DNA from: an uncultured delta proteobacterium
Lineage (GTDB): Bacteria > Desulfobacterota > Syntrophobacteria > Syntrophobacterales > Syntrophobacteraceae
Direction: 5' to 3'
DNA: 64,000 bases
Assembly: GCA_963808625.1 (NCBI GenBank)
Contig: CAWEHK010000051.1
Coordinates: 1-64,000, forward strand
Part shown: positions 10,205 to 20,082 of the stretch, in pieces
Position numbering within the stretch: the first letter of the stretch is position 1
Layout: each line of letters opens with the position of its first letter
Notes under the pieces: generated by a model
What the model was told of the DNA's origin: nothing
Seen by the model: only the letters and a program-made list of their open reading frames with translations
The model's database searches: none
Position numbers and translations under genes: made by a program

Positions 10205-10324
10205 TACAGCCGGGCGGAAGTTTCCGGTCAGTTCAGCGACTATTCAACCGGATTGTGTAGGGGCGACCGGCCGGTCGCCCCTACCAGCCGAAACCAATTA
10301 GTGACTTCCGCCCACGCGGACTAG
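10201..10324. mobile_element. MITE-like element bounded by CTAG, carrying an internal GTAG-type REP palindrome (10257-10284)
   Basis: Ends CTAGTACAGCCGGGCGGAAGT and ACTTCCGCCCACGCGGACTAG are imperfect inverted repeats. Internal GTAGGGGCGACCGGCCGGTCGCCCCTAC. Confidence 0.7.
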
Positions 10325-10338
10325 GGGAGGAGGAACAT

Positions 10339-11235
10339 ATGGAAGAAACGTTACCGGGAAAACAAGGCAGTGATCCGGATCGACGAGAACCCTTTGGCGG
10401 AGTCTGTTTGGAAGATCTGGCCTATACGATTGACCACCTGGGAGACTCGCAACTGGTCATAGAAGATGACGCGCTCTTCGAGTGGGCGCGTAGCAACCGG
10501 ATTTCACCGCGAAAGGCTCAGATTCAGGCGATCCAAAGCCGAATCATTCCTCTGCGCTATGCCAAGAACTTCCATTCCCTGACGCTTGCCGAACAGAGGC
10601 GGATCTGCGAGAGCCGGGTCCTGGTCTGCGGCTGCGGAGGACTTGGCGGCGTGATCATCAACCTTCTGGCAAGCGCGGGAGTGGGTGCGCTACGTCTCGT
10701 GGATGGGGGCATTGTCGTCCCCTCCAATCTCAACCGCCAGTGGTTGGGTGACACCCAGGCGCTCTCACGCCCGAAAGCAGAGGTGACCGGAGCTCGGGTG
10801 CAGGCCATTAACCCTTTTATCGATGTTGAGATATTTCCCACCCTCATGGACGAGAATAACGCCGGATCTTTTCTTGAGGGGATGGACCTGGTGCTGGATG
10901 CATTGGATGACCTCACGGGAAGCTTTCTTGTTGCAGAAGCAGCAAAGCGCGCACGGGCACCCTTCATCCACACTGCCGCAACCGGTTGGTGGGGGCAGGT
11001 CAGCACCTTCCTTCCGGAGTCCTTTCTGGACATGCACAGCGTCTACGGGCGTGGGGAAGAACAGGATCAGCCGGATGATGTGATGGGCGTTCTCGGGCCG
11101 ACCCCTGCCGTTATCGGAGGTCTTGCGGCCTTTGAAGCGATTCGCCTCCTGTCGGGCCGAAATGCTGCCTATGCTGATCAGCTTTGTTACCTTGATGGCG
11201 AAAGCGGACGATTGGATGTGATTCATCTCGAATAG
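10339..11235 (+). CDS. HesA/MoeB/ThiF family protein
   Basis: VLVCGCGGLGG, SNLNRQ, DLVLDALD and GVLGPTPAVIG. Confidence 0.88.
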   Translation: MEETLPGKQGSDPDRREPFGGVCLEDLAYTIDHLGDSQLVIEDDALFEWARSNRISPRKAQIQAIQSRIIPLRYAKNFHSLTLAEQRRICESRVLVCGCGGLGGVIINLLASAGVGALRLVDGGIVVPSNLNRQWLGDTQALSRPKAEVTGARVQAINPFIDVEIFPTLMDENNAGSFLEGMDLVLDALDDLTGSFLVAEAAKRARAPFIHTAATGWWGQVSTFLPESFLDMHSVYGRGEEQDQPDDVMGVLGPTPAVIGGLAAFEAIRLLSGRNAAYADQLCYLDGESGRLDVIHLE

Positions 11236-11277
11236 AGGTTGCCTGATAGACTGTTGAGTTTCAGGATTCTTGACACT

Positions 11278-11907
11278 CTATTTCAGGAATGGATTATGCG
11301 TCTTTTCGTGGCCGATGGTCGACGACGGCACCCTCCCGTAGTTGTGCCCCGGCATCACGATGGTATCGTCTGGCAGGACGAAGAGCTTTTCCATGATCGA
11401 GTGTCTTAGCATCCGCCGTGATCCTCCGGGAAAATCGGTTCTCCCAACGGCCTCCACAAAGAGGGTGTCTCCCGTGAAGACATATCCCGGTGAATAGAGA
11501 CAAATGCCACCAAGAGTATGTCCGGGCGTATGAATGACCTTCAGTGAAAGCTTCCCCACCGTGATAAAATCGCCGTCATTGACAGTAATGTCCGGATAGG
11601 GAGACTTTTCAGCCCCGTGCATCTTGAAAAGCGGAAGGGGTGTAAACATAACGAGTTCCGCATCATCCTTGTGGACAATAATCTGCGCTCCCGTTTCTCT
11701 TTTCATTTCCGCATTCCCTGTCATATGATCCACATGGCCATGCGTGTTTACAATGTACTTGATATTTATGTTGTTTTCTCGTGCCACATGAATGATGTTA
11801 TCAACATTCCCTGCGGGATCAAGGACCAGACCTTCGCCACTTTCCGGATCACCGACAAGGTATGCAAATACCGCCATATGGCCAACCTGCATTTGTTTTA
11901 CAAACAT
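11278..11907 (-). CDS. MBL-fold metallo-hydrolase (glyoxalase II-like)
   Basis: THGHVDH, HTPGH, FTGDTLF, GRTDFPGG and PGH. Confidence 0.92.
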   Translation of the reverse strand: MFVKQMQVGHMAVFAYLVGDPESGEGLVLDPAGNVDNIIHVARENNINIKYIVNTHGHVDHMTGNAEMKRETGAQIIVHKDDAELVMFTPLPLFKMHGAEKSPYPDITVNDGDFITVGKLSLKVIHTPGHTLGGICLYSPGYVFTGDTLFVEAVGRTDFPGGSRRMLRHSIMEKLFVLPDDTIVMPGHNYGRVPSSTIGHEKTHNPFLK

Positions 11908-11929
11908 ACCTGGTCCCCTCTACGGAAAT

Positions 11930-12547
11930 CTATAACGTATTGATGACCGGCTGTGGTTTCGGATTTAATGTTTCCTCGTTGGCAAAATCACAAATCGACA
12001 GATCGGACACCTGGCTTCCAAAATGACAAAATTCTTCCTTGAGCATATCGAGAAACATCCTGACGGTAATTGAAAAGCACCAGCACTCGGAATAATCGTA
12101 CAACATGGTATTCTCGGAAACATAAGAAATGACATACTGTAACATCTGCCGTGAAATTACATCTTTCTTGTAATATATAATAAGACCGACCATGCTGAGC
12201 GCCATCACTTTTATGTGAAAGCTTATCACCGATCCCCTTTCCTGTCGATAATCCGGATGATCAGTAAGATATAGTCTATCCTCCAGTAACATGATATTGG
12301 GGGGAACATCATCCAGACATTTCCTGCTATACCATTGATCAAACGAGGGGAAAAGAGGGGCATACACTGCTTTTCCATACCCCCCAAAGCCGATAATATC
12401 AATGCCTGCATAATAATGCCGGTATTTCAGGTACCGTTCCTCCATTTTATTTCGACTGCCATTTTCACAACCCGCAGCGCCTGTATAATAACGCTGGTAT
12501 TTCAGGTATCTTTCCTCGGTACCAACAGCTCTGATCTCTTGCTCCAT
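11930..12547 (-). CDS. Hypothetical protein (AT-rich) with an N-terminal duplicated motif
   Basis: 205-aa ORF with a CAGGT RBS-like site. EERYLKY..YY.G occurs twice. Confidence 0.5.
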   Translation of the reverse strand: MEQEIRAVGTEERYLKYQRYYTGAAGCENGSRNKMEERYLKYRHYYAGIDIIGFGGYGKAVYAPLFPSFDQWYSRKCLDDVPPNIMLLEDRLYLTDHPDYRQERGSVISFHIKVMALSMVGLIIYYKKDVISRQMLQYVISYVSENTMLYDYSECWCFSITVRMFLDMLKEEFCHFGSQVSDLSICDFANEETLNPKPQPVINTL

Positions 12548-12800
12548 GATACCACCTGTAAACCATGCTCGTTACGCGTTATTCTTTCTTCAGGCAAAAA
12601 GCGGACGCACACAAGCCCAAGCTGCCACAGCCAGGTTGCCGCCTTCCCGCGTGACCTTCTCATTCTTCACGCACGGTCATTCCAAAACTCTATAATAGTT
12701 GTTATTAGACTTTTTGGATATTGGAATCTCTGCCGATGCTGAAATGGCGTCTTTGTGAGGACCTCAACCAGACGCTTGTCAAGTAAGTTTCCCATATAAG

Positions 12801-12832
12801 AAGAGCGGTGTTCCAAAAAAACACCGCTCTTC
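12801..12832. terminator. Hairpin downstream of CoA-transferase pair 1
   Basis: AAGAGCGGTGTT...AACACCGCTCTT inverted repeat just 3' of the stop at 12864. Confidence 0.55.
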
Positions 12833-12863
12833 CAGTTATTGTGTGACTCTGTTCACTCTTCAA

Positions 12864-13631
12864 CTACCCAAGGTAGAAACCGGTCGGGTCAATCGCTCTG
12901 AGGATCTTGACCTCCTCCTCGGTCGGGGCAACGGTTTCTATTACATTGGGCGATACCTTGAGGTCCCAGGCGCAGTTGGCCTTGAGCTTCTCCACGGACT
13001 GGCCGGGGAAGTACTCTGCCAGGTACATCTCCTTGGTGTCTTCGTCGAACCGGTAGACACCCATGGTGCTGACCACGCAATCCGGACCGCCACCGATCAT
13101 GCCGAGTCTCTTGCGATCTCCCGGGCCACTCAGGTAGCCGGGAGTGGTAACGTATTCCACTCTCTCGACGAACTTCTTCTTATCCTGGGGCATAATGGCC
13201 AGAACTCTTTTGCCCGAAGTCGCCATGTCGTTGGCGCCTCCGCTTCCGGCAAAGTAGGTGAAGCTTTCCTTTTTGGACCAGTCCCCTGCGCCCGTCGAGT
13301 TGATGTTGCCGAATTTGTCGATCTGGGCTCCGCCGATGAAGGCCACGTCGACCTCGCCGCGCTGCAGTGCGGCCATGGTGGCCAGCATGCCGAAGGTCGC
13401 GTCGGCATGGGTGAAGAGAGCCGGGTCGTCCACGGTGATGGCAAGGCCCTTAGGGGGGGTGGCCCGGATGGCGCCGCCCTCGGTGAACATAATCATGTTC
13501 GGGGCGTGGGTGGCAAAGGCGTATGCGGCCACCACAATCGGCAGTCCAACGCCCACGAAGACAACCTCTCCGTCCGCAATTTCTTTGGCACAACGCACCA
13601 CCATAAGTTCTGTCAGTTTATAATCGGCCAT
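12864..13631 (-). CDS. Family I CoA-transferase beta subunit (GctB-like), pair 1
   Basis: VFVGVGLP, MFTEGG (candidate catalytic Glu), GGAQIDKFGNINST and GSGGANDMA. Confidence 0.9.
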   Translation of the reverse strand: MADYKLTELMVVRCAKEIADGEVVFVGVGLPIVVAAYAFATHAPNMIMFTEGGAIRATPPKGLAITVDDPALFTHADATFGMLATMAALQRGEVDVAFIGGAQIDKFGNINSTGAGDWSKKESFTYFAGSGGANDMATSGKRVLAIMPQDKKKFVERVEYVTTPGYLSGPGDRKRLGMIGGGPDCVVSTMGVYRFDEDTKEMYLAEYFPGQSVEKLKANCAWDLKVSPNVIETVAPTEEEVKILRAIDPTGFYLG

Positions 13632-13633
13632 GA

Positions 13634-14668
13634 TTAATTTCCCCCTTTCTTCGCGGCGAGCGCCTCTTCGTAGGCCTTGAGCCGGTCATCATTGTACAAA
13701 GGCACACCCTTCCAGCATGCCGGATCATGGTAACCGTAATCGACACCCAGTTTCGGGCTCGGCGTAAAGCCGAGAATGGGTTTCAGCCGATCCAGGCCTT
13801 CCTGGCCGAATTTCTCTACATATTTCTTGATGTATGCGGTGTGGTCCTCGCAGCCATAGATCCATTCATCGAGGAAAGCAGGCAGGAGTTCTGCGTGCCG
13901 CTCATAGCGGCCCTGATACTGACTGAAGCGGATGTCTAGGCCGTAGTACCCGCGGCTGGCCGACGGATGAGCGCCCCAAGGGCAGTGGACAACGGCCAGG
14001 GTCTTGTAGTAGGGAACAATCACGCGGTCCGGATCGCTTCTGACCACTTCCGGCTCCACAATCTCCTCACACGTAACGACTACACCCCGTTTTGATCCCA
14101 TGGCGCCGAACTCATCGGTAACGCCGCGTGTTCCATAGGAGACCACATTGCCGAGACGGTCGGCTTTCTGGGCGTGGATAACGGCCACATCAGCCCGCCA
14201 GGCACGGACAACGGTGGTCTTCTGGCCGGTGAAAGGATCGTCAATGATTCTCAGGTCGGTAGTGTTGTGCTTGACCATGTCCGTGCCGATATTCCCCCGG
14301 ATGGGGATGAAGGGGATGCCGAGGAAGCCCGCCATCATGGCGCTGGTAGCGCCGAAGTTGGAGATGTCATACCTCTTGAGGTGACCTTTGTTGAATGCGC
14401 GGCGAAGGGCATAGGGAGCCTTCACGTACCAGTTCATGATCCAGGCGGAGTGAATTTCCGTAACACAGCCGGCGCCCACCAAGAGGTCCAGACCGCCTAC
14501 GTCCGTCGAAGATTCAATGGTGGTGAGGTGTCTTTTCTTCTGTCTGATGATTTCGTGAGTCAGGGCCATGGGGACCGCAATCTGAAAGCCCCCATAGTAA
14601 ACCGTATCGCCATCATGGATGAATTTGGCTACCGCATCTTTGAGCGTCATCCTTTTGTCGAGATCCAT
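13634..14668 (-). CDS. Family I CoA-transferase alpha subunit (GctA-like), pair 1
   Basis: KRMTLKDAV..DGDTVYYGGF, PMALTHEIIRQ, DPFTG, DVAVIHAQKADRLGN and VVHCPWGAHP. Confidence 0.9.
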   Translation of the reverse strand: MDLDKRMTLKDAVAKFIHDGDTVYYGGFQIAVPMALTHEIIRQKKRHLTTIESSTDVGGLDLLVGAGCVTEIHSAWIMNWYVKAPYALRRAFNKGHLKRYDISNFGATSAMMAGFLGIPFIPIRGNIGTDMVKHNTTDLRIIDDPFTGQKTTVVRAWRADVAVIHAQKADRLGNVVSYGTRGVTDEFGAMGSKRGVVVTCEEIVEPEVVRSDPDRVIVPYYKTLAVVHCPWGAHPSASRGYYGLDIRFSQYQGRYERHAELLPAFLDEWIYGCEDHTAYIKKYVEKFGQEGLDRLKPILGFTPSPKLGVDYGYHDPACWKGVPLYNDDRLKAYEEALAAKKGGN

Positions 14669-14747
14669 GTAAACCCCCTTTTCTTGTTATTAAAAACAAA
14701 GTAACAGAACTGCCAACAATTTCTGGAACGTAGCTCACACCTCCTTC

Positions 14748-14954
14748 CTAAGGCTCAACAAAGCCCCGCTCAATGCGTCTCTCATAACATCGACGACATA
14801 GATAATATACGCTGACATTTCCGCAACCAGTGCCATAGAGCTGTAAGAGAAAAGTGCATTCAGGGCAACTTTGCAACATGCATCGGTTCGCACAAAACCT
14901 GAAGTTTTCCTCAGGCTGGCCACATTCATCACAATCATGGGAAAAAATGGACAT
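14748..14954 (-). CDS. Small Cys-rich protein (68 aa, 9 Cys), copy 1
   Basis: Protein-level homology to ORF 17819-18166 (RCML.SCPEC.FL.Q.YGTGCGN....YLCR.C......R.FVEP). Confidence 0.7.
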   Translation of the reverse strand: MSIFSHDCDECGQPEENFRFCANRCMLQSCPECTFLLQLYGTGCGNVSVYYLCRRCYERRIERGFVEP

Positions 14955-15718
14955 GGCTTCTCATTCCGCGCGTTATTTGCTGTCCTTTAAAACAGCTAAT
15001 GATATCTTAAATAGGGTCAGGCGGGCAACAGCGTAAACAGCCCGAAGTCGAGAGATACAGAGATCGAGAAATACAGCAACTCGCGCGCCAGATTTATATG
15101 GTCTTCGATATTGCCCTATTCATTATGGAGGCGTCCCTTTTACCAAAGAATGATTTACTGTGTCAACTTATTTCTGAACCCCGGCAAGTTTTTTCCGATT
15201 AGCACCATGCTTCAGCGATTCTCAACCACTTCTCTTGCCGACTGCCCGGACTTGGCCCCAGCATTGGAAGGCCTTGACCTTGCCATGCCAGACAATGCGT
15301 GGCTGCCGCTAGGGCATGCTGGGCAGAGTAGCATCCTGCCTGCCAGCAGGCCTTCTTCAGGGCGGGCTCCCACAGGGGTTGAGTACCATGGTCAGGAAGA
15401 AATTGATTCACACTCAGGCCCGGTTGCAACTTGAGATAGTCTGGGGTCATGGCTTGCACCTCATGATCAGGTGGAATCACCATGACAACCCTCCACCTCA
15501 CATACGACCGTACCTGCAGCAGCCTCATGGCTGAATTTTGGCGCCAGTTCGGAATTGTTTTTGACAAAAACCTCTTTAGAAGTATAATCCGCCCCGATTC
15601 TTGGCCACGAGCTAGGGTGGAGAATGAGATTGGTTGTGGGGTACCGTCGGTGTGAGCATCAATGTTGAGGCGACGGGTGGCATCGGAAAACGGAAACCTA
15701 ACGTGGAGGACTGATCAG

Positions 15719-16808
15719 ATGGAAACAGGAGTGCATTCGAAAATTGTAGAGTGGACTAAGGTCGAGAAGGAAGTCCTGGAGAAAGCGGCAAAGAGGAAAC
15801 AGAACTTCGAGTACTGGGGGGCAACTCCTAGACAGGCGCGAAAGGCTGCAGTTGCTAAGCTGAAGGGGCTCGTTGACAAGCGCACGACCATCAAAGAAGC
15901 GGTGGACAGGTATCTCAAGGACGGTATCAATATCGGCGTGGGTGGTTTCGTAAATACCCGCGTTCCTACCGCCTTGATGTGGAATATTATAAAAAAAGGC
16001 GCAAAGAATCTGACCCTCTCGTTCCAGTCGAATTCGATCTGCTGTGAGTGGATTGCCGGCGCCATGCTGGTGCTATCCGGAGCATATTTCGATCAAGCGG
16101 GCCGAGCTGGCGTGGTGGGGCTATGAAATCATCGGTATCGCTCCGATCCTGCGCTATCTCGCCGGCAATGGCCTGATCGAGCTGGACGACTATACCAACT
16201 ACGGCATGTCGGTCCGTTTCAAAGCCGGCGCCATGGGCATCCCCTTCATCCCGGTCCGTGACCATGGCGGTTCCGATATGGAAATGGTCAATCGCGGCGC
16301 CATGATCCAGTGCCCCTTCAGCGGCGACAACACTTACCTGGTCCCGGCCTGTAATCCGGATCTCGGCATTGTCCACGTGACTGCGGCGGATATGTACGGC
16401 AACGCCCGCATCTTCGGGGCCCTGTGCACCTGCCCGGAAATTGCCCAGGCTGCAGCTCATACAATTATGAGCACCGAAACCATCCTCGACAACATGGCCA
16501 TTCGCCGCTACCCGAACATGACGGAAATTCCCTACCCGGTGGTTGATGCGGTTTGTGAGCAGCAATTTGGGGCCTGGCCGGGAGCCGTATATGGTGCGTA
16601 CTGGTTCGACATGGAACACTTCCTGTACTTCAGAAGCCTCTGTGATGAGTTCCGCAAGACGGGCAGCAAAGACAAGCTGAAGGCCTACTATGACGAGTAC
16701 TTCTTCGGTTGCGATACGTGGGATGATTTCATCGCCAAGATCGTTCCTCACAAGAAGCTGACTTACCTAAGGAAGATGGACGGTGGGCAGCCGATAATTT
16801 TCTCTTAA
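15719..16808 (+). CDS. Family I CoA-transferase alpha subunit, pair 2 (frameshift near 16075)
   Basis: GGAGGA RBS. KRTTIKEAV..IGVGGF, RFKAGAMGIPFIP, CPFSG and HVTAADMYGN. Confidence 0.88.
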
Positions 16809-16855
16809 CAGGACCAGGAAGAACAAGTCGACACTTGGAAAAAGGAGATCTGAAT

Positions 16856-17680
16856 ATGGTATCGATAGCTGATGTCAATCCCTATGAAATGATTGCCTTT
16901 ACGGGCTCAAGAGTATTGGAAGACAACACCATCATCTTCGTCGGTACGGGCCTGCCCATCATTGCCGCAATGCATGCCCAGCTGACCCATGCTCCCAACG
17001 CGAATTTGATCTTTGAGGCCGGTTCGCTGGCCTCCATCCTGGAGCAGGGCATGCCGATGTCCGTGGGCGACACCAGAGCCTTTCGTAAAGCGGTATTCGC
17101 CAAGGGGCTCTGCGCGGTTTTTGAGCTGACCCAGCGGGGTTATTCCGACTACGCTTTTATCGGGGGCGCTCAGGTCGATATGTACGGCAACATCTGTTCG
17201 ACCTATGAAGGCGGAAATTATGGCAAGCCCAGAGTCCGGTTCCCCGGCAGCGGCGGCGCCGGCGCGATGGCCGCGAACTGCGAAAAGACCATTGCCATCA
17301 TGGCTCTGGAGAAGAGAAGGTTCGTCAAGCAGGTCGACTTCATCACCAGCATCGGCTTCGGCGACGGCTCACCCGACTACCGCGAAAAAGCCGGGGTTAT
17401 GGGTTCGGGACCCTACCGGGTCATCACCAATCAGGCGCTGTTCGGGTTTGACAAAGACACCAGGCGCATGATGCTCCTGGAATACCTCCCGGGCAAGAGC
17501 CCGGAGGCCATTCAGGATCTGGTTGATTTCGAACTGCTCATCTCCCCGGATGTCAAGGAGATGGCCATTCCCACCGAGCATGATCTGATGCTGCTGCAAA
17601 CCAAGTGCGATCCGGAAGGCTTTTTCCTCAAGAGGAAGATCGTGGAACAAATAAGCCGCAGGATTGACCGCAAATTGTGA
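16856..17680 (+). CDS. Family I CoA-transferase beta subunit, pair 2
   Basis: IFVGTGLP, LIFEAG, GGAQVDMYGN and RFPGSGGA. Confidence 0.9.
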   Translation: MVSIADVNPYEMIAFTGSRVLEDNTIIFVGTGLPIIAAMHAQLTHAPNANLIFEAGSLASILEQGMPMSVGDTRAFRKAVFAKGLCAVFELTQRGYSDYAFIGGAQVDMYGNICSTYEGGNYGKPRVRFPGSGGAGAMAANCEKTIAIMALEKRRFVKQVDFITSIGFGDGSPDYREKAGVMGSGPYRVITNQALFGFDKDTRRMMLLEYLPGKSPEAIQDLVDFELLISPDVKEMAIPTEHDLMLLQTKCDPEGFFLKRKIVEQISRRIDRKL

Positions 17681-17687
17681 CGCAGAT

Positions 17688-17723
17688 GGCCGGGAAAGAA
17701 GCAGTTCTTTCCCGGCTTTTTTA
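17688..17723 (+). terminator. Intrinsic terminator after pair 2
   Basis: GCCGGGAAAGAA-GCAG-TTCTTTCCCGGC followed by a T tract. Confidence 0.8.
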
Positions 17724-17818
17724 TCCTATGACCCTCCTGCAATAAAACTCCAATTACCACTAGTTAATTCAGAAACTTTGCTGTAGAGTACTTTTTTTTG
17801 AGCGGGTGTTCATAAACT

Positions 17819-18166
17819 GTGGTGGAGCTTCCCTTGGTCGCCAACCCTCGATGCTTACAAGAATGCAACCTTCCTGAAGATGCTTTCCCGCTGTGCGAGA
17901 CCAGATGCATGCTGCCGAGTTGTCCCGAATGTGCTTTCCTCATCCAACCTTACGGAACGGGTTGTGGGAACATCCGCGTGTGCTACTTATGCCGTGACTG
18001 CTGCGATAAACTCGTGGGAAGAAGCTTTGTCGAACCCGAAGCGGGATTCGTTCAAACCATGAGCTGGTGGCGACCACTGTTGTTGGATCCATACCGAGGA
18101 GGGCGAAATGTCGGTTCCGGACAAACGGATGAGCCTCAAGGAGGCGGTGTCCGCACACGTGCATGA
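17819..18166 (+). CDS. Small Cys-rich protein, copy 2
   Basis: Homologous to 14748-14954 and in the same position upstream of a CoA-transferase alpha gene. Start and 3' end are uncertain. Confidence 0.65.
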   Translation: MVELPLVANPRCLQECNLPEDAFPLCETRCMLPSCPECAFLIQPYGTGCGNIRVCYLCRDCCDKLVGRSFVEPEAGFVQTMSWWRPLLLDPYRGGRNVGSGQTDEPQGGGVRTRA

Positions 18167-19103
18167 CGGCGACTCAGTGTATTACGGTGGCTTCCAGACC
18201 ATGGTGCCCATGGCATTGACCCATGAAATCATCAGGCAGAGGAAGAAGAACCTGACCATCTTCAACGCCTCCACGGATGTCGGCGGACTGGATCTGCTGG
18301 TGGCTGCGGGGTGCGTCGGAGAGATGCATCTCGCCTGGGCGATGAACTGGTGTGTAAAAGCGCCCTATGCGATTCGCCGCGCGTTCCAAGCGCGTGAAAT
18401 CCAACGCTTCGATCTTTCCAATTTCAGCGCTACCAGCGCCCTCCTCGGAGGGTCCCTCGGTATTCCTTTTGTTGCCGTTCGAGGCAACATCGGCACCGAC
18501 ATCGTCGAGCACAACAGCCAAGATTTAAAAGTAATAGAGGATCCTTTTACCGGAGAGAAGATCACCATCGTTCGCGCCTGGCGGGCGGATGTCGCTATCA
18601 TCCATGCGCAGAAGGCTGATCCCCTGGGCAACGTGGTAGCCTGGGGGACCCGCGGGGTGACTGATGAGTTCGGAGCCATGGGATCCAAGCGGGGGGTCAT
18701 CGTGACCGCCGAGGAGATCGTTGACACCGAGGTGGTGCGTAGCGACCCGGACCGCACCATCGTTCCCTACTTCAAGACTCTGGCCGTGGTTCACTGCCCG
18801 TGGGGTGCCCATCCCTCTGCATGCCGTGGGTATTATGGCCTCGATATCCGCTTTTGTCAGTATCAGGGCAAGTATGAAAGGAGTGCGGATCTGCTCCCGA
18901 AATTTCTGGATGAATGGATCTACGGCTGCCCCGACCATGACGCCTATATTCAAAAATACGTTGGCATGTTCGGTCGGGAGGGGCTGGAGCGGCTTAAGCC
19001 GAAGCTCGGTTTTAGGCCGAAACTGGAAGTCGATTACGGCTACCACGATCCCGCCGTCTGGCAGGGGGTGCCGCAATATACCGACAAGTATATCAGAGCA
19101 TAG
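18108..19103 (+). CDS. Family I CoA-transferase alpha subunit, pair 3 (close paralogue of pair 1)
   Basis: Long identical stretches with 13634-14668, e.g. GTRGVTDEFGAMGSKRGV and LAVVHCPWGAHPSA. Confidence 0.9.
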   Translation: MSVPDKRMSLKEAVSAHVHDGDSVYYGGFQTMVPMALTHEIIRQRKKNLTIFNASTDVGGLDLLVAAGCVGEMHLAWAMNWCVKAPYAIRRAFQAREIQRFDLSNFSATSALLGGSLGIPFVAVRGNIGTDIVEHNSQDLKVIEDPFTGEKITIVRAWRADVAIIHAQKADPLGNVVAWGTRGVTDEFGAMGSKRGVIVTAEEIVDTEVVRSDPDRTIVPYFKTLAVVHCPWGAHPSACRGYYGLDIRFCQYQGKYERSADLLPKFLDEWIYGCPDHDAYIQKYVGMFGREGLERLKPKLGFRPKLEVDYGYHDPAVWQGVPQYTDKYIRA

Positions 19104-19137
19104 CCGCAAACCTCCAACCGCAGCTGAGGAGGACCTC

Positions 19138-19908
19138 ATGACAGGCACCTATCGACTTACCGAACTTATGGTCGTGCGTTGCGCAAAAGAAATCAAAGAC
19201 GGCGAGGTGGTTTTTGCCGGCGTCGGTTTGCCTCTGGTGGTGGTCAGTTTTGCCATGGCTACGCATGCCCCCAATATGATTCTCTTGACCGAAGGGGGCT
19301 CGATCCGGGCCACGGCCCCTCCGGGTCTGGCCATCAGCGTCGACGACCCTGCGCTCTTCACCAACGCGGATGCCACCTATGGGATGCTTGCCACAATGGG
19401 CACCTTGCAGCGCGGAGAGGTGGATGTGGCCTTCATCGGCGGCGCCCAGATCGATAAGTACGGGAACATCAACTCAACCGGCGTCGGCAGCTGGAGCAGT
19501 CCCGGGACCTTCACCTATTTTGCCGGCAGCGGCGGCGCCAATGACATGGCGACATCCGGAAAACGCGTCATCGCCATCATGCCGCAAGATCCCAAAAAGT
19601 TCGTGGAGAAAGTGGACTATCTTACCACTCCCGGCTATCTGAATGGCCCGGGAGCCCGGGAAAGGCTGGGAATGATCGGTGGGGGCCCATCAATGGTGGT
19701 CAGCACCATGGCGGTTTATCGATTTGATGAGATCACCAAAGAGATGGTTCTGGCGGAATACTTTCCTGGCCATTCGGTCGAGAAGGTTCGGGCCAACTGT
19801 TCTTTTGACCTCAACATCGCCGCCGATGTCAGAGAAACTGAACCCCCGACCGAAGAAGAAATAGCTCTGCTGCGAAATATCGATCCAACCGGCTTTTATT
19901 TGCGTTAG
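19138..19908 (+). CDS. Family I CoA-transferase beta subunit, pair 3
   Basis: GAGGAGG RBS. LTELMVVRCAKEI, LLTEGG and GSGGANDMATSGKRV. Confidence 0.9.
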   Translation: MTGTYRLTELMVVRCAKEIKDGEVVFAGVGLPLVVVSFAMATHAPNMILLTEGGSIRATAPPGLAISVDDPALFTNADATYGMLATMGTLQRGEVDVAFIGGAQIDKYGNINSTGVGSWSSPGTFTYFAGSGGANDMATSGKRVIAIMPQDPKKFVEKVDYLTTPGYLNGPGARERLGMIGGGPSMVVSTMAVYRFDEITKEMVLAEYFPGHSVEKVRANCSFDLNIAADVRETEPPTEEEIALLRNIDPTGFYLR

Positions 19909-20082
19909 GAGTTGTCACAATAAGCGTCACCTTGCCACGAAATGCAGAAACACAGGAGGGCCGGAACTGACGCCGTCGGCGCTTTGGGGTTGTCCGGGGT
20001 GGAACATCATTGAAAAGGCACGCCCGTTTCGCGGTCCGGGCCTGCCGTCAGAATGAGCCGGTTTCTGGACGGGATGTCACAT

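Noticed and set aside
14735..14750. TAG ending Cys-rich copy 1 as pyrrolysine read-through
   Set aside because: No pyl genes are in the window and similarity to copy 2 does not clearly continue past the stop. An ordinary stop or a point change is sufficient.
15199..15567. ORF with faint resemblance to IS200 TnpA (VMVIPP..YLK)
   Set aside because: No HUH motif or catalytic Tyr is recognisable, so the similarity is too weak to call.
14748..18166. Cys-rich peptides as RiPP precursors
   Set aside because: No radical-SAM, YcaO or lanthipeptide maturase or dedicated exporter is adjacent, and the CxxC pairs fit metal binding better.
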